From positions 31,770 through 95,769 of the forward strand of contig MFPS01000009.1 of NCBI GenBank assembly GCA_001782825.1: 64,000 bases of DNA, given 5' to 3'. Position 1 is the first letter of the stretch. Each line of letters opens with the position of its first letter. Origin of the DNA: Candidatus Magasanikbacteria bacterium RIFCSPHIGHO2_01_FULL_33_34. Its GTDB lineage: Bacteria; Patescibacteriota; Patescibacteriia; Magasanikbacterales; UBA922. The notes beneath the pieces are model-generated. The model did not search any database, was not told where the DNA came from, and worked only from the letters and a program-made list of their open reading frames with translations. Made by a program: the position numbers and the translations under genes. Below, in pieces: positions 59,956-64,000 of the stretch.

Positions 59956-60144
59956 ATGCGTTGGCTGATGAATTATCTGCGTGAAGTATTTTGTAAACAC
60001 GATTGGGAGCGTGAAGAAGTAAAGGCTACATTAAAAGATACATATACAGGAGATTACAAAACAGATATACGTGTATCCTCTACCTGTAAAAAATGTGGTT
60101 ACCACAAATCATACTGGAAGTATCTTAAATACCTAGGAGATTAA
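59956..60144 (+). CDS. Small Cys/His-containing protein (possible zinc-ribbon), 62 aa, function unknown
   Basis: Start placed at MRWLMNYL, preceded by AAGGTGG 5 nt upstream. Contains FCKHDW...CKKCGYH. Stop overlaps the next start (TAAAATG). Confidence 0.45.
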   Translation: MRWLMNYLREVFCKHDWEREEVKATLKDTYTGDYKTDIRVSSTCKKCGYHKSYWKYLKYLGD

Positions 60145-60145
60145 A

Positions 60146-60415
60146 ATGCTCAGACGAATAGCTAAAAAAACTGCTAATTGGCTTGATCACAATCCAAACT
60201 ATTCACCCTACATACCTCTTTCAATTGCTATTATTGCTTTGTTAACATTGCTTCTAGCAATATGTGGTATAGTAGATTTAACCAAGATATTTGTAGGTAC
60301 AACCGCTGTTATATCGTGGTTTCTATTTAATAGAGTAGCTACTCCTTACCACAAGCCAAATACAACAACCACAGAAGAAGAAAAAACTGACACAAATGAT
60401 CAAAAACCCATATAG
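60146..60415 (+). CDS. Small two-TM membrane protein, 89 aa, translationally coupled to the preceding ORF
   Basis: Two hydrophobic helices (LSIAIIALLTLLLAICGIV, VGTTAVISWFLF). Followed by hairpin GAGCA..TGCTC + T8 at about 60426-60464. Confidence 0.45.
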   Translation: MLRRIAKKTANWLDHNPNYSPYIPLSIAIIALLTLLLAICGIVDLTKIFVGTTAVISWFLFNRVATPYHKPNTTTTEEEKTDTNDQKPI

Positions 60416-60661
60416 ACCAAAAGTGCTGAGCACACTCTAAAATGCTCTTTTTTTTATAAATAACTTTTTTGGTTAAAAATTAATTCTTTCGTATATAATA
60501 CTCAATACCTTGACAAAAAAATATAAATAATATAAAATGTGATCTTCTTTGCTTAATATACTAAATAAAGAAAAGAGGAAACACCAAAATAGCGCACGCG
60601 GACCAGATTGTGTAGTGGTAGTACCAACGTAGTACAACGTTGTAAATACCCGGAGACACAA

Positions 60662-61054
60662 ATGCTGAATCCATTCAAAGCTACCATTTCTATCCTGTGT
60701 GTAATTGCATTTACCACTAACGCAATCGCACAAGACAATGGTCCAATCCTTATCAGTAAAGAGGACTGTGCAAAACTACAATTCATAAAGTATGATGCCC
60801 AACAAGACCTAAATGAAACCAAAAACCGATGTGATGCCGGTGTATACTCATCAACAACCTGCCATTTTTTGGCAAAACTGTATAGTGAAATTATCGAAGA
60901 AGCAACAAGATTGTACGAGGTATTCTGCCATTCGTACTCAGCTAAAGATACCATGCAATGGCAAACCATTAGGGATCTCGACACAATCAAGGAATACGAT
61001 GCATTGATGTTCGCCCTCAACGACATGTTGAGCCCGAACACCTTCCAGCCGTAA
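60662..61054 (+). CDS. Secreted small Cys-containing protein, paralog A (signal peptide; conserved C-terminus ...DLDTIKEYDALMFALNDMLSPNTFQP)
   Basis: Start MLNPFKATISILCVIAFTTNAIA (signal-peptide-like). The C-terminal 45 aa are about 85-100% identical to the 61978-62460 product. The antisense ORF 60553..61080 is rejected. Confidence 0.6.
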   Translation: MLNPFKATISILCVIAFTTNAIAQDNGPILISKEDCAKLQFIKYDAQQDLNETKNRCDAGVYSSTTCHFLAKLYSEIIEEATRLYEVFCHSYSAKDTMQWQTIRDLDTIKEYDALMFALNDMLSPNTFQP

Positions 61055-61158
61055 CAAAGATCTGGCCCTAATCGCGACAAGCTCGCAATACGGGTCGATC
61101 TTACGGCGCGACAGCCCTAGCCAACACCAAGTACTGGTGTTGGCAGGGCTGTTTTTTT
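60968..61158 (+). repeat. 190-bp direct repeat (3' coding end + UTR + terminator), copy 1. The last 140 nt or so are near-identical to copy 2.
   Basis: Direct comparison with 62376-62568. Only 2 substitutions in the last ~140 nt (caac/cgac and ggtc/ggcc). Confidence 0.85.
61112..61158 (+). terminator. Strong rho-independent terminator (17-bp stem with one bulge, T7), copy 1 of duplicated 3' module
   Basis: CAGCCCTAGCCAACACCA-agtac-TGGTGTTGGCAGGGCTG + TTTTTTT. Confidence 0.8.
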
Positions 61159-61260
61159 ATTCATGAATTCAGCAATTACCCCAACCTATTGACAAAAAAG
61201 GATTTTTCATGTAGACTCTCCAACAGCTTTTAGCAAACCGATTTCAAATGGAGATTCACC

Positions 61261-61887
61261 ATGAATCGCTATACCTTAGGGATACTGATACCTGTCGTCG
61301 TGGTAATCATTACGATTTGTACTTTTTCTAGTGATGATTACTCATCTGTTGTTGATATCAACTCACAACAGATCACAAAACCATCTGGACTACCAAACAA
61401 GTCCGCAACAAAAAAAATAAGATCAAAACGGTTTTTCCGATTTTTCTTTCGATACACAGCATCTCCCCCAAAAAATGATGTGTTAAAAGTATATATGGAA
61501 GAAGTTGCAGAAAACGAGATCAACTCGATTCTGGATACTGACTCCATAAGTGAAGAAAAAAGAGATTTTCTAGAAAAATCACAAGGATTAATTGCCCAAA
61601 AAAACTCCTTGCAAAAAGCTGAATTGGGCGCGTACGATGCCATTTCTGACCCAGACCAAAGAGAAGCTTTCAAGAAAGCTTTTCAACAAAAAATCATCGA
61701 TCTAGATGAAATCACCTACCAAATAGCTACTGGTAAGCTCACACAAGAAGAAGGTCGTGCAAAGAAAAAAGAAATCAACGACCGCTTCACCGATAAAGAG
61801 CAACTAGAAATACCAGAAGATGAACTTGTAAAAATAAAGCGAGTTCAAGTAAATAGTTTCATCAAAACCTATGAAAGGAGGGAGTGA
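61261..61887 (+). CDS. Hypothetical membrane-anchored protein (N-terminal TM, charged coiled C-terminal region)
   Basis: GGAG RBS-like sequence before the ATG. TM LGILIPVVVVIITICTF. Lies between the two secreted paralogs. Confidence 0.5.
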   Translation: MNRYTLGILIPVVVVIITICTFSSDDYSSVVDINSQQITKPSGLPNKSATKKIRSKRFFRFFFRYTASPPKNDVLKVYMEEVAENEINSILDTDSISEEKRDFLEKSQGLIAQKNSLQKAELGAYDAISDPDQREAFKKAFQQKIIDLDEITYQIATGKLTQEEGRAKKKEINDRFTDKEQLEIPEDELVKIKRVQVNSFIKTYERRE

Positions 61888-61977
61888 CAAGAGAGCGCAC
61901 GAGTGTTAAATTGTGTAGTGGCAGTACCCCACGCAGTATTGAGTAGTAAAACCAGTAATGACGAGAGGCACGCCACA

Positions 61978-62460
61978 ATGGGAAAGAGCATGAAAACATC
62001 TGGACTGATCTGCATGATCATCATGTTCATGTCAGTCAGTTCAGCCATGGCTGCGGACGACACCTCGTTGTCCGAAACCAACAAACTGGCGCTCCAACAG
62101 TTGTTGGGTGACAACACAAGCGCCCAAGACAACGGTGGATACTCTGAGCTGGAGAAGACCTGCAAGATGCTCTGGGATGCCAAAGGGCATGCCCAAATCC
62201 AGCTTGACGACTGGACATACAACTGTAGCTTCGGGGATATCTCTCAATTCACCTGCAACTACTGGATCTCGTATTACACCGACATGCGCGACAAGGCGCA
62301 AGCGTTGTACAAGTTCTGGAAGTGTGCAGACCACTTCGGACCGTCTAGGACCTCCACGTGGTCTGAAGGGTCAATCGGAGATCTCGACACTATCAAGGAA
62401 TACGACGAGCTGGTGTTCGCCCTCGACGACATGTTGAGCCCGAACACCTTCCAGCCGTAA
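61978..62460 (+). CDS. Secreted small Cys-containing protein, paralog B (GC-rich codon usage)
   Basis: Start MGKSMKTSGLICMIIMFMSVSSAMA (signal peptide). C-terminus DLDTIKEYDELVFALDDMLSPNTFQP. 4+ Cys. Confidence 0.6.
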   Translation: MGKSMKTSGLICMIIMFMSVSSAMAADDTSLSETNKLALQQLLGDNTSAQDNGGYSELEKTCKMLWDAKGHAQIQLDDWTYNCSFGDISQFTCNYWISYYTDMRDKAQALYKFWKCADHFGPSRTSTWSEGSIGDLDTIKEYDELVFALDDMLSPNTFQP

Positions 62461-62568
62461 CAAAGATCTGGCCCTAATCGCGACAAGCTCGCAATACGGG
62501 CCGATCTTACGGCGCGACAGCCCTAGCCAACACCAAGTACTGGTGTTGGCAGGGCTGTTTTTTTTATT
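62376..62568 (+). repeat. 190-bp direct repeat, copy 2
   Basis: See copy 1. Confidence 0.85.
62518..62565 (+). terminator. Strong rho-independent terminator, copy 2 (identical hairpin, T8)
   Basis: Same 17-bp bulged stem as 61112-61158. Confidence 0.8.
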
Positions 62569-62643
62569 TTTAAACTTTATATTTTTAAAAAATTAAATGA
62601 TTTCACTATTGACTTTTACTCAAAAATTGTATAGTGTATACTC

Positions 62644-63153
62644 GTGAAAAATGGACAAAAGAAGATGGTCGTCTTCACGGCTCCACTAAACCCAAGCTTT
62701 CCACCAGGAACCGAAATACCCCAAAGCGTAATTAAAGTTATTGAAGATCTCCCAAGGACAAACTCATTAACTGTGGCAGAGGCAATAGATAAAATCCATA
62801 AACAAATGAAAGAAGAAAGGATTGCGATCACCAAAGCAATTCAGGATTCATACATCAAATCAATAATCATTTCAGAAGTGTCAAGTAAAAAATGGTATAC
62901 TTTAGCCTACGGTGATAATCTAGATAATAAATCTTTAATGGAAATCACAGAACAATTATCACATGATCCAACTATACTACGTGAACCAACCCAAAGAGAA
63001 ATAGACACAGTTCGCCAACTAGAAGTTGATTTTCATATATGGAATCAACCAAATAGAACTTATCCTTCAACTGGTCTAATAATGGTTGAATTTAAATGTG
63101 GTGATGATTTTATAATAGTAGGCATTCTTATAGACTATAAACCAGCCATATAG
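62644..63153 (+). CDS. Hypothetical protein (169 aa), no recognized family
   Basis: Clean ORF. Preceded by TTGACT...TATAGT promoter-like sequence (62610-62636). Followed by hairpin CCCAGCT-caacca-AGCTGGG at about 63194-63213. Confidence 0.45.
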   Translation: MKNGQKKMVVFTAPLNPSFPPGTEIPQSVIKVIEDLPRTNSLTVAEAIDKIHKQMKEERIAITKAIQDSYIKSIIISEVSSKKWYTLAYGDNLDNKSLMEITEQLSHDPTILREPTQREIDTVRQLEVDFHIWNQPNRTYPSTGLIMVEFKCGDDFIIVGILIDYKPAI

Positions 63154-63304
63154 CAAAAAAAGCTACCATACAAGTTCGTTTTCACAGACAAAGCCCAGCT
63201 CAACCAAGCTGGGTGTTAAATTTTATAACTAATATATACAAAATAAATAAGCAAAATTAACATTAATATATCCCCTAATTTAGCCTATTTTACCCCAACA
63301 CCAC

Positions 63305-63333
63305 TTGACAAATTAACCTAAATATGGTACTAT
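63305..63333 (+). promoter_or_regulatory. Near-consensus sigma70 promoter (TTGACA, 17 nt, TACTAT)
   Basis: TTGACA at 63305-63310, TACTAT at 63328-63333. Same CACTTGACAAA context as the rnpB promoter. Confidence 0.6.
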
Positions 63334-63339
63334 GATCCG

Positions 63340-63672
63340 TTATCCAGATGGCGTCTCTGAACTGAATGAAATGGCCTAGAAATGATCGCCTTAGAAAATA
63401 CAGCCTAGACGCCCAAAGGATAATGCCCGTGATCGGGGGAATATATATGATATATCGTATATAATCTTCCTCTCACGGCCCTAAGACCTAGTCCGCTAGG
63501 TCACACAGGTGGAGAGGCAGTTTTAAAAATAACTGTCCCGCTTACGCGGGAAGAAGTATTGACGACACAATACAATAGTCTCTGTAAAAAGAGTTTAACT
63601 ACGATTGTGTTGTATAGATATTTCTCACGAACCACCCCACCCGCCGTCAGGCGGGTGGGGTGGTTTTATTTT
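63340..63672 (+). ncRNA. Candidate structured non-coding RNA (about 330 nt, identity unresolved) between a consensus promoter and a strong terminator
   Basis: No ORF above a few codons. Nested helices: CCGTTATCC/GGATAATG, GGCGTCT/AGACGCC, CCTCTCAC/GTGGAGAGG and GACCTAG-tccg-CTAGGTC. Further hairpins CCCG-tgat-CGGG, CAGTT..AACTG and TCCCGC-ttac-GCGGGA. Confidence 0.45.
63632..63670 (+). terminator. Strong rho-independent terminator (14-bp GC stem CCACCCCACCCGCC/GGCGGGTGGGGTGG, T-run)
   Basis: Read directly. Ends the ORF-less transcript about 100 nt before the ftsK ATG. Confidence 0.8.
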
Positions 63673-63768
63673 ATAGTTTGAGCAATTCCAATATTAATGA
63701 TAAAATAGAGATTAGACAATACAAAAATCGTTTTTTTGTATTTTCAAATTTATTTATTACTTTCAATT

Positions 63769-64000
63769 ATGAGTAGAAAAAGAAAACAAACACAGTTTGA
63801 TCCAGCACTCTCCAAAGGAATATTATCTGTTATCCTACTTGTACTCTCAATCATAATTATTTTAAGCTTTTTTGATCAAGCTGGTCCACTTGGATATATT
63901 TTAAATAAAGGAATATTAAGCTTTCTATTTGGATCAATTAGATATGCAAGTCCATTTGTTATCTTAACCATCGCTTGGTTTCTCATAAAAGACAAAGACT
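63769..64000 (+). CDS. ftsK: DNA translocase FtsK/SpoIIIE, N-terminal (membrane) part; runs off the window
   Basis: MSRKRKQTQFDPALSKGILSVILLVLSIIIILSFF...GPLGYIL..FLFGSIRYASPFVILTIAWFL is typical of the FtsK N-terminus. Confidence 0.65.
   Translation, partial: MSRKRKQTQFDPALSKGILSVILLVLSIIIILSFFDQAGPLGYILNKGILSFLFGSIRYASPFVILTIAWFLIKDKD

Noticed and set aside
60553-61080. Minus-strand 175-aa ORF (and its twin 62274..62486) overlapping the secreted-paralog genes.
   Set aside because: The plus-strand frames have signal peptides, conserved C-termini and proper downstream terminators in the plus orientation. The minus ORFs share their N-termini only because they lie across the duplicated 3' module.
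63340-63672. Tested the ORF-less transcript as tmRNA, SRP RNA or a TPP/cobalamin riboswitch.
   Set aside because: No tRNA-like T-arm with GTTCGA-type loop or ACCA end, and no tag-peptide reading frame. No GGAAGCAGCC-like SRP domain IV. TPP (CUGAGA...ACCUGAUCUGGAUAAUGCCAGCG) and B12-box consensus are not matched beyond short coincidences. Left as unassigned ncRNA.
1-64000. CRISPR arrays, rRNA genes and an integrase/transposase-type mobile element.
   Set aside because: No run of evenly spaced direct repeats, no rRNA-like conserved blocks, and no transposase or integrase ORF anywhere in the window. The only mobile-like units are the GIY-YIG mini-element and the short structured repeats.

Overview
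This window is an AT-rich, tightly packed bacterial segment (background GC looks about 30% by eye), and nearly all genes are on the minus strand. Most of the content is core housekeeping, consistent with a small-genome CPR/Patescibacteria-like bacterium (inference). From left to right it holds:
- a cell-envelope polysaccharide cluster (three GT4 glycosyltransferases, an ATP-cone/Mrr-like nuclease fusion and a priming phosphoglycosyl transferase);
- RNase P RNA (rnpB) with its promoter and terminator, a short GC-rich foreign-looking island with one unknown CDS, and tRNA-Leu(GAG);
- a long co-directional gene string: DAGK-like kinase, bactofilin, a multi-TM sensor histidine kinase, then a 4-gene putative tailoring/biosynthetic operon (nitroreductase-fold protein, PaaK-like adenylate-forming enzyme, MIO-type HAL/PAL-family ammonia-lyase, ThiF/E1-like protein), VKOR, argS and tyrS;
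- a 365-bp GIY-YIG mini-element with hairpin terminal inverted repeats, then valS;
- a DHH-like protein, then a glycolytic cluster (gap, pgk, SIMPL, eno, two tandem iPGM paralogs) with no tpi;
- secreted Fn3 proteins, MazG, YwbE, tsf, rpsB, GSII-type glutamine synthetase, a DsbA-like oxidoreductase and uvrA;
- pnp with rpsO and an inserted NYN-domain gene, ruvC and yebC;
- a 1983-aa RCC1/Fn3 surface giant, rpoC and rpoB;
- an accessory patch with elevated GC (about 59.9-63.2 kb): a small Zn-ribbon/membrane protein pair and two paralogous secreted Cys-containing proteins that share a conserved leader and a near-identical 3' end plus terminator;
- a strongly promoted and terminated ORF-less structured transcript of about 330 nt (candidate ncRNA) just upstream of the ftsK 5' end.
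A roughly 50-nt structured sequence element occurs twice (7.35 kb and 45.65 kb). No CRISPR array or rRNA was seen.
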